Notes: generated by a model not told the origin, from the sequence alone. DNA of 64,000 nucleotides from Camelus dromedarius (GCF_036321535.1 NC_087438.1:4960001-5024000), one strand, 5' to 3'. Counted from the first letter of the stretch, positions 24,120-36,850 are shown. Program-made: numbers and translations.

Positions 24120-24690
24120 AGGAATGATGGTAGTTAACCTCCGACTGTCAAAAGTTTCACTGCCAAATGCCCATCAAGTAGTGAACGGATAAACAAACCG
24201 TGACACTTCCACACAGGAGAACATGACTCAGCAATAAAGAGGAATAAACTACTGATGCGCACAGCACCCGACGGATCTCAAGTGCACCGCTTTAGGTGAA
24301 AGTTGCCGCATTCAAATGAGCCAGGAAAGACAAAACTATAGAGGGAGAAAGGAGATCTGATTTTTACAGAGGGGCACGAAGGGTCTGTAGCGGGCGATGC
24401 ACCTCTTCTGTATCTTGATGATGGTGGTGGTTACATGATTGTAAGCTTTCATCAGAAATGTATAGAACTGGGGGAGGGTATAGCTCATTGGCAGAGTGCG
24501 TGCTTAGCGTGCACAAGGTCCTGGGTTCAATCCCCAGTACCGCCATTAAAATAAATAAATACATAAATAAATAAACAAACCTAATCACCTCTCCCTCCCA
24601 AAAAAAAAAAAATGTATAGAATCGTACACTTCAAGGAGTGAATTTTACTCTATATACACATTGGGTGTATTATGCAAATTACACCTCAAT
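24120..24690 (+). mobile_element. Old L1 (L1MB/ME) 3' region hosting a SINE
   Basis: 'ccaaatgcccatcaagtagtgaacggataaacaaaccgtg...ggatctcaag' ... 'tatgcaaattacacctcaat'. Confidence 0.75.
24470..24609 (+). mobile_element. Vic-1-type tRNA-derived SINE, full length, with 12-bp TSD
   Basis: Pol III A box tagctcattgg (24481-24491), B box gggttcaatccc (24523-24534), 'cctaatcacctc' tail and poly-A. TSD aaatgtatagaa at 24456-24467 and 24610-24621. Confidence 0.92.
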
Positions 24691-25329
24691 GAACCTGACC
24701 CAAACAAAAACCACAAACAGAAAGACACACCGTGATGCGCTGCAGAGAAGCCCATGCAGACATGGCCTGCGGCTGCCCGGGGCCGTTCCGGCAGGACTGC
24801 TGCGTCCTGCCACTTCCCTGCCTGGATACCTGCTCAGGAACCACCAGCACTGCTGAACCTGCTTCTGGGGGCGGGGGGCTAAGGGTCACTCCTCCGTGTG
24901 ACGCAATCTTCCCGATGGAGACATGGGGCTGGTGGGTATAACCTCGCCTCACATCCTGCTCGTGCGGCCTCCTAACCAGGAGTTTCAGGACTGCTTCTAA
25001 CAATGTATACTCTCCGGGTGAGTCCCCTTCACTCTGCCAGAAGCCACCTTGGAAGGAGAACGCTCATTTCTCGGGTCCCCTCGTGTTTGTCTAGCTGCAG
25101 GCACCAAGTCTACAGTCGAATAACTGTTAAAGTAAAAGATTATATGAGACCCATTGTCCCAAGGATCAGATAGTGGTAAGGGGACCCCAGGTTAGGAGCA
25201 GCACTTATTATGAATGGGGGTATCCCCTTAGCTAGTAGTTTCATTGCAATTTTATGTATTCTTAACATCTCTATATATTTCATTTGAGCTGGTTTTGCTT
25301 ATAAAAAAGAGGTATGTATTAGGCAAATT

Positions 25330-25990
25330 TTTGTACTTACTTTTTTTTTTTACTTCATATTATACAGCTAACATCCTTCGATATTATGTGCACCTGTAGC
25401 TCATTCATTCTGACAGCTCTAATGAGCTCCAACGTGGATGGTTTATTGGCCCAGTCTTTGGTTGCTGTCTCCAGTCTTGATATGGTGAACAGGATAGTCG
25501 TGAACATTTTTGTATATGCCCCTCCCATACATGTGCCTGGTGTCCCCGAGGGCAATGGAACTGTGCTTGCTGCGATCCTGGGGGTGTGAACATTCCACTT
25601 TAGAAATAATGCCATGCTGTTTTCCTAGATGCTTGCCGTGATGTAGACCTTGCACTCTCAGTGGGTGAGAAGTCTTACAGGTCCACATTTCCTTCTTCCT
25701 TTGGCATTTTCAGATTTTTTAAATAATTGCCATTCAAATGGATGCAAATGACATCCCATCGTGCTCCTGAACTACATTTCCTGGTCACTCGTGATGTTTA
25801 GCATCTCTCCATCTGTCTCTCTGTCAGTTGCGCACTCTCTCTCTCCCCATCTCTGCTTTGCTTTACATATTTTTGACATAATTGCTTTGTCAATCATATT
25901 GCATGCACTTTCTCTCCCAGGGTGTAATTTGTATTTCCTTTTTCTTTAAGCTGTTTTCTCATTTATGAACTTTCTTAATTTCAACACTGT
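25330..25990 (-). mobile_element. Old L1 (L1ME/MC) 3' region
   Basis: 'tagctcattcattctgacagct...tttggttgctgtctccagtcttg...gtgaacatttttgtatatgcc' is antisense L1 3' sequence. Confidence 0.7.
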
Positions 25991-25999
25991 CAATACATG

Positions 26000-26150
26000 T
26001 TATATTTACTCAGCACGATGACCCCATGAAGCAGATAAAAGGATTATTATTATTATAAAGATGCTTGAAGAATTTATTAACCTGCCCGGGGTCACATAGC
26101 CAGGTCATTTGGGAAGTAAGTTTCACACTCAGGTTTTAGTCCAGTGCTGT
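26000..26150 (-). mobile_element. MIR
   Basis: 'accccatgaagcagataaaggattattatt...taacctgcccggggtcacatagccagg'. Confidence 0.6.
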
Positions 26151-26482
26151 ATTGCAGGCCCTCCAGGCCTGGCAGTTGCACCGGGATTCAGGCAGATGGA
26201 GGAACGCCCTCGGTGCCTTAGGTATCTCTGAGGTGGCTTTATTGCGGAGGGGTGACAGGAGATGCTGGCGGCCATGGCATAAAATCCCGTCCGCCTTATA
26301 TATCAAAGCAAACACAGCCGGCGTCTGGCTGACTATTACCTAGGAGCTAACCAGGGCACCCGTGTAGCACAAATCACACTTACGTACACTACGTGGGTCC
26401 TGTGCTTGCAGGATAACATAGCTGAGTCACTGGGCCCCCGATGTCCGGCGAGGGAGCCTGACTGACTCCATTTTCCCTGCAG

Positions 26483-26570
26483 GTGTCAATTCTCTTTCAC
26501 CGCTACATCAACTTTTTCATACCCAATGGAGTTATGTTTTTTCCACCCAAGGGATTAAAACTCTTTGAAG
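26483..26570 (+). other. Candidate 88-nt exon (only open frame VSILFHRYINFFIPNGVMFFPPKGLKLFE)
   Basis: Acceptor ccattttccctgcag| and donor GAAG|gtattt, in apparently non-repeat DNA. Confidence 0.25.
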
Positions 26571-29452
26571 GTATTTAAAAAGCCAAGACTTTTCAAATGC
26601 ATACATGTAACAAATCAGAGAGCTTTCCAGGTGACAGAGATCTTGTCACTTTTGTACGTCACAAAGTTTACAAGTGAAAATGCCGAGACTCATAGAGCTG
26701 AGTGACTGTCCCAGAACCATAAGGCAAATCAGGTTATTCAAAGCCACAGCGGGAAGCAGGGTGCCCTCACCCCCAGTGCAACGCTGCCCTTTCACTGCAC
26801 GTGAGGTGACAGCTACGAACCCTAGGTACTTAACATGTCTGTGTACTTTGAAACTGATCTCCATGCAAAATAAAAACTATACTGCACAATGATTTCTCTA
26901 ATACTGACTCAGCTAGCTGCAAGCACCACCATCAGTTAGTCTGTGTGTGGAAAAGTGGCCCCTGCCGGAAGCACTCTGACTCTCTAAAAGGTAGAGAGTG
27001 CATTTTATCAAGAGGGCGTCATGATCCCTGACTGGGGCAGCTCTCGGAGGGAGAAGCACTAAACTGGCCGTGAGTTTATTTATGAAACACATCCTCCCAA
27101 CAGCTCCACATACAATTTCTAGCCAGAAGCCCCCAGTGCTGCTAAGCCAGCCTCTTGTAACGCGCAAAGAGCCCAAAGTCACGACGTTGACAGGAGAACC
27201 CCCTGCGTACGGACCTGCTGGGTCTGCAGCAAACCTTCAGAAGGAAGGTCGATGTGCTTCTTCCCAACCAAGCTATTGACGGGGAGGCCCGGAGAGCTCC
27301 ATTTCCTCACTCAGCTGTGACCAGAGCTGCCAATGTTCATCAGAGGGGTGTGGGTCAGCGTGCCCGGCACCTTTCAACAAGGTCGGTGCTTTCTTTGTAT
27401 GAGGCAATATGTGTGTACACCTAGAAGGATGTATCTTTCAGTCTTTCGGGATTCATTTCTGGCCAACACTTCACTTACGCCCTGGTTAGGGTTTGGTTAC
27501 TGGCACGCCCATCCACGCTAGCAGGTGTGAGTGAAAAGGGACTCCTTACCGCCATCAGGAAGGCTGGAGGAGCAGGCGTTAGAGCTTCTCCCAGGAGCAA
27601 CTCCCAGTTGCCAAACTGCTCTCTTCTGTAGTAAATCAGGGAATGGTCTGCACTGCTGCTGATCGCAGAACCGCACCACGGCGGCCAGATCAGGCGAACC
27701 CTTACCACTGCCGCAGACGCATTAGGAAGCCCGCTGAAGCCTCGCGCTGAACTCGGAAGCTGCAGCCGCAGTTTCAGGCTGCACGTTCGTGCCACTTCTG
27801 TCACCATCTGACACCAACAAACGGGGACTGAGCACCTTGCCTTCCCTCACGGAGCTCAGTTCCAGGTCAGAGTCTCCGGGGAGGGCATCAAATGGCAGAA
27901 CCTAGGAACCAAGAGATCAAGGAAACAGCATTCCTGGTTGAGAGTCCCACCGCTGGACTCCAGAGGGGGCAGAAAGCCCATCCCGAGTGTCCCCCACAGC
28001 TGTGAACCCCACGTTTGGAAACACCCCCAGTGCACCAGGAACTACTGTCCCCCTTCCCTCAGGGAAGGAGGTCCAAGAGGCTAACGGCATAAACAGGACT
28101 TCTGACTGATTCGAAGCTGACTCTTGTGAAGCACTCCTGCTCATGCAGATTCAAATAAAGCAAAAATTCCGCTAAATCCCTACCCTGGTGACGTTCACAA
28201 CCCACTGAAGAATGAATTCATTGAGAAGAACCTCTAATGTGTTGAGTCCACTGTTTTACGTAGCAGAAAGCACCCTAATTTTCTACACGCGTGTTTCACT
28301 TGCACGTTACCCGTAAAAGCAAAAGCTCCAAACTTGGGACTCGCTTCTCTTCCAGTTCTCTGCTCTTACTCTTCTTAGCTACTTTCTTTATCCTTCCTTC
28401 AATTGCCTTTCAAAAAATTTTAAATATCCTTACCTGGCTAACTACTCTGGTTCTAGGTCTTACGATACAAAAATTCTTGTTATTTTAACGTAGAAACTAT
28501 TTTTCAGGCTTCTATGTGCCTGAAAGTTTTGCCTTTCATTGGACTCTGAGAATTGATCATGTTTAATTTTGTCCCCTAGGAAGCCAGAAGGCAGTTTTTG
28601 GTGTTTCCTTTTCTTCAATGGGAGAAACAAGAGGCAATTTGTTAAATATTTGAAGCCGTTTTTCTTCATTTCCACCACTTTCACAGCATAGTATGCCCTG
28701 TCCCTCTTTGCTGGGCTGAAGTGTTGCAAGAAACTCTGCAGTGTTCTCTGCGGGCCGCTGCCTGGAACTCAGGCTGCCCTGGAATGAGTTACTGCTGACG
28801 GAGCAAAGGCATCTCCAGGTTATTTTTCTGATGAGTCTTGCTGGCCTCATTATGAAGCAGAATGTGGGCTCGTCTTCAAAGTTATTATGCTGGGTTTCAT
28901 GGGGACTTCCATCAGAGCGCTTCCCCCCGAGACGGAGAGAAAACGAAGCCACGGTGCCGGGCTGCGGATCCTTATTTCAGAAGATGTTCTCTGCCTTAGG
29001 TGCTTAACCTGCAAGATTGACTAAATCAGGGCAGCCCAGTGGGAAGCAGGGCTCTGAACCCGGAACCTGGAATTGCATCATTCTCGCTACCACTGATTGT
29101 GCGGAACTCGGTGGGAATTACCCTCAACTGAAGGGAAAAAAGCCTTTTGAAATGTGTTCACACTAAGGCTGAATTTATAAATTACAATATCAGAACAAAG
29201 CTTTATAAGCCAATTTCTGTTTTATTAACTGTGTGTTATCTCAAGTCTAATCCTTTCTTCCACTCCTGCTCTGCCCCTTTCTCATAACCATGTTTTACGT
29301 TGTGATTCACGGTGTTATTTTTCATCAGATACTGGGTTCATCTCCCAACATCCCTGGAGGAAGAGGGCAGCTCTCACACAAGCATTTTCAAAGTGGCCAT
29401 AACCCGCTGTGTTCAGCTGGATAAAGCGCTCCCTGCTCCACAGGAGTCCCAC

Positions 29453-29908
29453 TGTTACCGAAGGCAAGTTCATGTGCCTGTGGCACCGAGAGGCCAAACA
29501 AACTGAAAGGTCAGAATTCGGAGCAGAGAGAGGTTTACTGCAGGGCTGAGCAAGGAGGACAGGGTGGCTCATGCCCCCCAAAACCCAAACTCCTCAAAGC
29601 GTTTCAGCAAAGCATATTTAATGGCTAGGTAAGGGAGGGGTTGGCAGGGTACGTGGTCAGCTCATGCACAATTCTCCGATTTGTTGATGTTGAGGGAACA
29701 GGGTGGTCAACACTATCAACCCCCGGGCACCAGAAGGTCTGGGGGCCACATGCTCTCCATCATCAAGTAGTTAATTTCTTCCCTTTGGTGGTGGTTTTTA
29801 GCATCTGAAAAACTCAGGAAAAATACATGAGATTCTATTATTAGGGAAGAGCTGCAGCAGAGGATGTGGGGAGGGGTCTGACCCTGGAGTCCTGCGCCGT
29901 CTGATACA
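29453..29908 (-). mobile_element. Solo ERV1-type LTR
   Basis: TG...CA ends (tgttaccgaa...ctgataca) and an antisense AGTAAA polyA-like signal. TSD not resolved. Confidence 0.75.
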
Positions 29909-30029
29909 TTTGCAACGGGAAATCGCTCCTGGCAGAGCTGAGTCTGTGTGTAGCAACTTGACTCTTTTGGCGAGTTGTTTGCTGTTCTTCCTGACCTGCC
30001 TGCAAACACCTTCAAGAAGTGGCATGTTT

Positions 30030-30790
30030 TCTTTCCTTTTTTTTTATATATATTATTGAAGTATAGTCGGTTTACAATGTTGTATTAATTTCTGTACAGC
30101 AAAGTGATTCAGTTATACATTTATATATAATATATTCCTTTTCAGATTCCTTTTCACTGTAGGTTATTACAGGATGTTGGGGGACACTTGGCAGGGCTCA
30201 TGACGTGGGTTGGCAAGGAGAATTTACCAGAAAGGGAAAAGTTGAAGAACAAAGTTTAGCAGACCCGCTGCTACAGGCAACAGTGGCCACACAGACAAGA
30301 GGAGCCCGCGTGTCCAGCGAGTGTGAACGCACAGGGTCCTTTATTGGGGAAGGGGCTGTAGACACAAAGGGATGGGGGAGCAGATTTCTGATTGGCTGTA
30401 AGTGAGGAAGGGGCTTTGCTATATGGGAGGATAGTGGATTTACGACTCCAGTGAGGTGGAGACGTGGGCTGACACAAGCAAGGCAGTGGGATTTACGACC
30501 CCAGTAAGGAGGAGACGGTGCCGAGACAAGGCAGCCTGAGCTGCGGTGCGGCTGGTCCCTCCCCAGGGCGGCTAGCTGTGCTGAGACAAACACGGTCGGA
30601 AAGGGAGTGCTTTCTGTTTTTTGAGGCTTGCAGGAGGACATCTGAGAGCCCAGGAACGGGGGTCCCAGGGCCTCGGCAGGCACCAGTTGGCACTGCACGA
30701 GGTACTGAATACAGTTCCCTGTGCTAGACGTCAGGACCTTGGTGTTTGGTTTATATGTAGTAGTTTGTGTCTGCATGTTCCTTTCTTAAT
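30030..30790 (-). mobile_element. Cetartiodactyl-type L1 3' end split by an LTR
   Basis: 'ttattgaagtatagtcggtttacaatgttg...cagcaaagtgattcagttatacat...aggttattac' resumes after the LTR as 'tactgaatacagttccctgtgcta'. Confidence 0.8.
30175..30690 (-). mobile_element. CpG-rich solo ERV LTR nested in the L1 tail
   Basis: On the - strand: CCAAT (30391-30395), AATAAA (30340-30345) and a ...cccccaaca terminus. Contains an internal ~52-bp direct repeat at 30433-30532. Confidence 0.75.
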
Positions 30791-32049
30791 GAGATCTTTG
30801 GCAGGCCCCAGTGCTCCGCAGACGCTGGGCACCTGATGGGGCGCTGGTGGGATGAATCCTCGCCGTACTGGGAGATGAGCAGCTGTCAGTGCGGACCCCA
30901 GAGTGCGGAGCAGGCAGCAGGATGGGGTGAAGGAGGTGGGCCCTCGCTGTTCTGTGGAAGGAAGTCAGCTCTGCGTCCAGGCTGCAGCTTCAGGGCCTTT
31001 ACAGGAAAATTGGCAGACTTTGACTTGCATCAGCTACAGATCCAGATTCCAGCTCCTGATTTAGCCATCCCGGTGCCAGAAAGGTGCTTCTCACTCCCAA
31101 CATGGAAAAACTGGCCCTGCAGGAGTCCTTTGTCCCTCTAGACGATTCACCCTTGTCAATGGCTGGATTGCAAAGACGGGCCAGCCTGAATCATGGGCCC
31201 CCTCACAGCCCCGGGATCAGAGCATGGCATCTTTCAACAGGACCCCCAGCTGGGAGATGGGGGGCCCTCCAAGAAATGGAGTTGGGAGCAGACAAGCCTC
31301 AGATGCAACCGCGGTTCTCATGCCCAATTCTACGCTCTCTGTGGTCTGAACTCCCCTCTTCCCCAGAGCCCCTAACCTGGGCTGTCTGTTCCAATCAGAA
31401 CAGCCTCTTGTGGGTGCTCCTTCCTCATCAGACACCCCAAGCTCACATCAGGTCCCCTAACTCACGATTTTGCTCATTACCCTCCTGCTCAGCTGTGTTG
31501 CCCTGGTATCTGACTCTCTGACCTGGACCTAGTCAGTCCGAGTCAAAATTCAGTCTTTTCCAAGACACCTTGAAAAGAGTGAACTCTGTTTTAAATGATG
31601 GAAGTCATCAAATGACCTCTTATGTGACAACCTGCTTTGTCACAGTGGGACCCAGACTCCCCAGGCAGACAGAAGAGCCGTAGCCCTGACCTCCTGGGTG
31701 TGAGGGAAGAGACAGAGCCCTGGTCCCGGGGTTCCTGGTGCCCACACCGCCCCAGCAGGCTGAGCAGCTGAGTGTTGACCTCTGCTTCCCGGACCCCAAA
31801 CAATATTCGTGACCACTTGCATTGTCAGAAGTATCCAAATTGTCTTGTCAAGTTAATTTTGCTTCTTTTTTGAAAGAATTTTTTTTGACAATTCATTCTT
31901 TTACTTTTTTCAATGCTTAGTAAATGTCCACTTGTTGAGTAGCAGTGACACAGGGATTCTGGCTACACATCAGAGAAGAGAAAGCCATGGCTTTTATCCT
32001 TGAAACTTTAAATTAAGAAACAGCTGATTAAAACAGCCTCAATATTTTT

Positions 32050-32278
32050 TTTTGAATTTTTTTTGAATTTTATTTTTCATTGAAGTGTGGTTGATTTACA
32101 ATGTTAGTTTCAGGTGTACAGCAAAGTGATTGGTATATACATACTTTTTTTCAGATTCTTTTCCATTATAGCTTATTACAAGGTATTGAATATAGTTCCC
32201 TGTGCTGTATAGTAGGTCCTTGGTTTTTTTTTTAATCTATTTTATATATAGTAACGTGTACCTGTTAATCCCAAAATG
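32050..32278 (-). mobile_element. 5'-truncated L1 3' end with TSD
   Basis: Same L1 tail family as 30030. Flanked by gcctcaatattttttt (from 32036) and gcctaaatattttttt (from 32279). Confidence 0.85.
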
Positions 32279-32817
32279 GCCTAAATATTTTTTTAAAATT
32301 TTTTTAAAGCTCTACTTTGTACTGAAGCTGAGCAAAGCAAGAAACTAGTCCCCTGGTACATAAAAATGTAGGTGGAAATAGGGAGTGATGTAAGCAAAAA
32401 AAAAAAACAATCCTGCAAACCCACACTGGCTCAGTGGCTCAACCCCATGCAAAACAGCCCTCTGCTCACGGGAGATGGAGTCCCAGTGTCCTTGGCCATG
32501 AATTCAGGGCCGTGCACAGAAAAGCCACGAGTGGCCCTGAGCAGCTCTGCTGCATTTGCACAGAACAAAAATGCCTTTCATCTTAGCCTCTCACACACAG
32601 GAATCCTTGTCAGTTCCTCATGATGAGTTACTGCTTTTGAGTAGAAATAATAAGCTTTGGATTCAACCACGTAAGTGTTCTGGGAACATCTTGTGTGTGT
32701 GACACTTGCTTGTCCTGCGGGCAGAGCCCAGATAAGGTTTCCTGTCCTCCTGGAGCTCATGGGCCAGTGTGGGCAGATTAGCAAGGGTCTTAAAGGACAG
32801 AGAAAAGCTCACGCTGT

Positions 32818-33281
32818 GTGGCAGGATGAATGAGGGCCTCCAAAGACAGCCACATCCTGATTTCTAGATCCCATGAATGTTAGCTTACATGACAAAGTGG
32901 GCATTGTAGACGTGATTAAGGATCTTGGTATAAGATGTCCCCGGGCTCTCCAGGTGAGCCTGCAGTGCTCACAGGTGTCTTTGGAGAGTTGATTACAGAT
33001 GAGAAGAAGGTGTTGTGGTGTCATGGGGAGCAGGGGGAGAAAGGCAGGTGAGGCAGGGCCGTAAGCTAAGGAATGAGAATGGCCTTCACAAGACAGACAG
33101 CACCGGGGACGGATTCTCCCTCAGAGCCTCCAGGAGGAGTCAACCCACGGACACACTCACTTTAGCTCCATAGAATTCATTTTGGATCTCTGACCTCCAG
33201 AACTTTCAGGGGATAACTGTGTGCTGTTCTAAGTCACCAGCGTTGTGGCAGTTTGTTCAGCAGCCCTAAGAAGCTGACACA
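32818..33281 (+). mobile_element. MaLR LTR (MLT1C/D-like), near complete
   Basis: Starts tgtggcaggatgaat. Contains 'gattctccctcagagcctccagg' and 'ctctgacctccagaact', and ends 'gtggcagtttgttcagcagccctaagaagctgacaca'. Confidence 0.85.
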
Positions 33282-35308
33282 GGGAGTTCACATGAAAAGC
33301 AGCTCCACCCGCCTGGGACAAGGTGTCAGGAAGGATTCCTGGGGCATGAGCTTCAATTTGTGACAAGGTGGTGGTGGGCAGAGCAGTAATTTACACTCAA
33401 CCGTCTGTCCTTCTAAGGAGAGAGTTTGTAGGCTCTACGCCAGGCTGGAGCCTCCTTTGACTGAGTTTCCGCAGTCAGTATTGACTCCTTACTGAGCTAA
33501 ACGCATCCCAGGCACTCTGTCATTTAGGACCCCTTTCCACCATTCTGTGAGGTAGGCATCACAGTCACCCTGTTCTCAATAAAGAAACTGAAGCCGTTAG
33601 TGGGCACAGAACTTCCCAATGCCACGTGGTTTAATGGAAGCAGCCATCCTCTTTGGCAACGAGGCATTCCCAGCTCCTGGGCTCACTGCCAGGTAGACAG
33701 CCCTCCATTGTCAGTCTTCTTGGGTGATTGCCTGGGTCGAAAAATTGCCTTCCTTCTAAAGGCTGCCACATCCCATGAGAGATCAAACTAGGGGAATAAA
33801 GGCATGGCCCCTTCTCCCCACCTTGTCTCTGGAACATCCTAGAAGTTCTGCTGAGGACCTTGTGAGTTCTGCATTACAGGTCAGCTTCTCTCTCTGTCCA
33901 GTCCTTCCTCCTCCCTCTCACTCCCCTAGGTGTCAATCCCCCAAAGTCCCTAATAAAGGTCTCCTGCACGAATCTCCATCTCAGAGTCCACATCCTAAAG
34001 AATCAACCTGTAACACACAGCCAGTAAATGATGTGTGATAATGAATTCAGGATTCTGCTCTGGCACCTGCACCCTTTCTGCTTCAATCCAGGGCTCCCTG
34101 ATGATATATACCCTCTAGGACGGAATCTTTACCTTTTCCATGGAGCGGGGAGAGAGGTGCTGGTGACAGAGAGCTTGTGCTGGGGGAGAAACCTGCAAAT
34201 CAAGGTTCCTCCAGAAGATGGACGACACATCTTCCAACTCCCTTCTCTGCTGATGGATACTTGTTACTTGGCGCCTGGCTCTACAGCTTATATTAAAATT
34301 ATGCTGAACAGACAGCACGCGCTCACCTCTCCCCACAGCTACGCTCTGCCTGCTGGTGGCTGCAGCGGCTCAGTTACTGCTGGCAGCAAGCGACCCCGAG
34401 AATTACCCATCGGGAGAAAGTGGCTTCTTGGAGCTGACAGCACATTTTTTTTGGAGCTGGAAAATGGCTCTGAAGCCATTTACATTTAAAGACGTGTCAC
34501 TTCTAATTCTGGGCTTGTTCGTCGATGTGACTCCAGCGCGCAGAAGGATTGCCTTCAAGGATGTAAAACCTTCACCGACTACTTACCAAACATGACCGAT
34601 GATTAGCGATTCGTTACAACATTATTCCCCCAAAGCTGTGGCAGATCCTCTTTTATCCCACTGAAGAGCGTTCGCTCTCAAAGGGCCAGAAGGACCTCGT
34701 TACAAAACCGCCTCACCCTACGTGAGTGTCCCGTTGTGTGCACGACAGCTGCATGATCCAGGCATCTCCCCTCGGCTACGCCATAGGGAGGAAAATATGT
34801 CAGACATTTTTTAAAGCGCTGGAAGGCCTGTATCTTGTCTCACCAGAATGCCAAGATGTGCTTTACATTTTGAGATGGAGGTTTTGCCTAACAATTCTCT
34901 CTAAACCTTTTTTCCCCCCAAATATCTTTAAAGACACCAGAAAACTCATAACAAGATGAAAACCTCACGACAGTGCTAATGCAGACAGTCTCATGGCCAA
35001 ATCCTTGGGGATGTCGCATTAACTTGAAGGCCCCTTGTCACTGCAGCCTCAGCCCCCACTCTGTGACACTGAGAACGCTTAGAAAAGCTTAGAGCCATTC
35101 CCCGCCCCTGCCGCTGCCCCCACCAGACCTCACAGGACCCACTGCTCGCAGGCGACCAGAGTGGACAACCTGGCAGAGGACAGGAGCAGCCCAGAGTCAA
35201 GGGCGGTGGGCAGGGGTGGCGGCGAGAATGGCATCGGTGAGGTGATCAGACACTCAGCCTAGGAGAGGCGCTGCCTTGGCCACGGAGATCAGGAGACGGG
35301 CAATAGCC

Positions 35309-35770
35309 GTTACTGAGTCCAGACTTGTTCTGCTCACCGCACAACAGGCCAGTAAATCGGCAGACAAGGTGTTGGGGCAAGGGATAACGACTTTACTCCC
35401 AAAGCCAGCAGATCGAGAAGATGGCGGACTGATGTCCTGGAGAACCGTCCCCAGGTCAGAATTCAAGCTTCCTTTATGCTAAAAGGGGAGAGGGTGTCAT
35501 TGGTTAGTGCAAACTTCTTGGTGTCAGAATCCTGCCCACATGGGTCAGGTCATGATGTTCCTGTAAATCTCCAAAAAAAACAAATGTTATCCTGTGTTCT
35601 GCCACTTTTCATCTCTATATGAATGGGAGAATGTTACAGCCTTAGCGGTCAGAGCCTTGAGAATGGGCTCTCCTGTATATTTTAGGCTCTAGGCAACACT
35701 CTTTTACAAAAGGTGCAGAACTAGCATGACGAAGCATGGAAAACAGAACACAGGGTTAGGGCTAAAGGAT
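35309..35770 (-). mobile_element. ERV1-type LTR, truncated
   Basis: 'gttactgagtccagacttgttctgctcaccgcacaacaggccagtaaatcggcagacaaggtgttggggcaagg...ccttgagaatgggc...gggttagggctaaagga'. Confidence 0.75.
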
Positions 35771-36619
35771 GCTGTGTAAGCACAATTCTGGTGCTGCTTC
35801 AGGTGACCCAGGGACAATGCCATTTGTGGGGGCAGACAGGAGACGCTGAGGTTCAGGGACCTGATGTGGCTGGCCTGTGGTCATCCTGCTAGTAAATGGT
35901 GACATTCAAAACTAAACCAGAGCCACGTGACCATGTAAGTGTTCTGCTTTGGGGAAAATGGGGCTGTTTAGAATTCTGTAAGATTATCAGACAACGACGA
36001 GACGGGGCTGTGAATCAGAGCTCCTTCCTGGGGCCGGGCGGAGCGAGTGAGGGCACGTGCAGGCACACAGCAGGCCTGGACGCCGTGAGCGCCGTGGAGG
36101 AGTGGTGACTGCTGTTCCCTGGGTTTGCTGATTTTTATTACTCTTGTCTTCTCATCACTCCTCTGTGCTCCTGAAATTGCAGTGAAGTAGCCCCCCACAG
36201 CGCCTGCTTTAGCCCAGAGCCCGCCCTCCTGTTTCTGCCCCGTGGGGGCATCAGCAGAAGGCTCTGTGATCGGGGTTTTATAACCGAAGAGACAGTTAGT
36301 GAAAGGAACAGACTTCTCTCTGTTGCATGACATGACTAACTTCAACGGGATTTATTTGCCATTGAACAAGTCGCTGAAAAATAATGACCAATAAAACTAA
36401 CTGAACGGTTATTTCACTTGAAAAGAAAATCAACAAGGCTTGATCCATCTGAATTTCAAATGAAGTCATAACCGCTCTTCGCCGAGACGACTCCAGTGAC
36501 TTAATACCCCGCGCCAGCCCTGAACAGATAAATCTAAGGGCTGAAGCTGGAGATTAAGAAAGAGCTTTTCTCCAAGCAAGAAAATTGTACAAGCGATCCA
36601 GGGCTGTCAGTCAGTGAAA

Positions 36620-36850
36620 CAAATTAACAATCAGGAGCCTGGACTCAGGAGCCGGTCTGCCTTGAATCCAGGTCCCTGCCATTGGCTCTGGGGTCTCGCA
36701 TGATTCACTGACTCTCCTTAGGCCTCAGACGAGGTGTCTGACAACAGTACCTCCTTCGCTGGGTCGTCGGGCAGATGGTGTACGTTAACACATGTCAAGC
36801 GTGCCTATCATGGAATCAGCAGTTGGTAAGTGTTGATGGTAATATTATTA
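36620..36850 (+). mobile_element. MIR
   Basis: 'ggagcctggactcaggagccggtctgccttgaatccagg...gttaacacatgtcaagcgtgcc'. Confidence 0.6.

Noticed and set aside
24470-24545. tRNA gene
   Set aside because: It has tRNA-like A and B boxes, but also a SINE tail, poly-A, a TSD and two further diverged copies. It is a SINE, not a functional tRNA.
30198-30776. 192-aa minus-strand ORF
   Set aside because: It lies entirely within the LTR and L1 tail, so it is a chance frame in GC-rich repeat DNA.
34588-34640. Minus-strand exon with a TTG|gtaagt donor
   Set aside because: All three frames contain stops and the acceptor is weak. It has no support beyond the donor.
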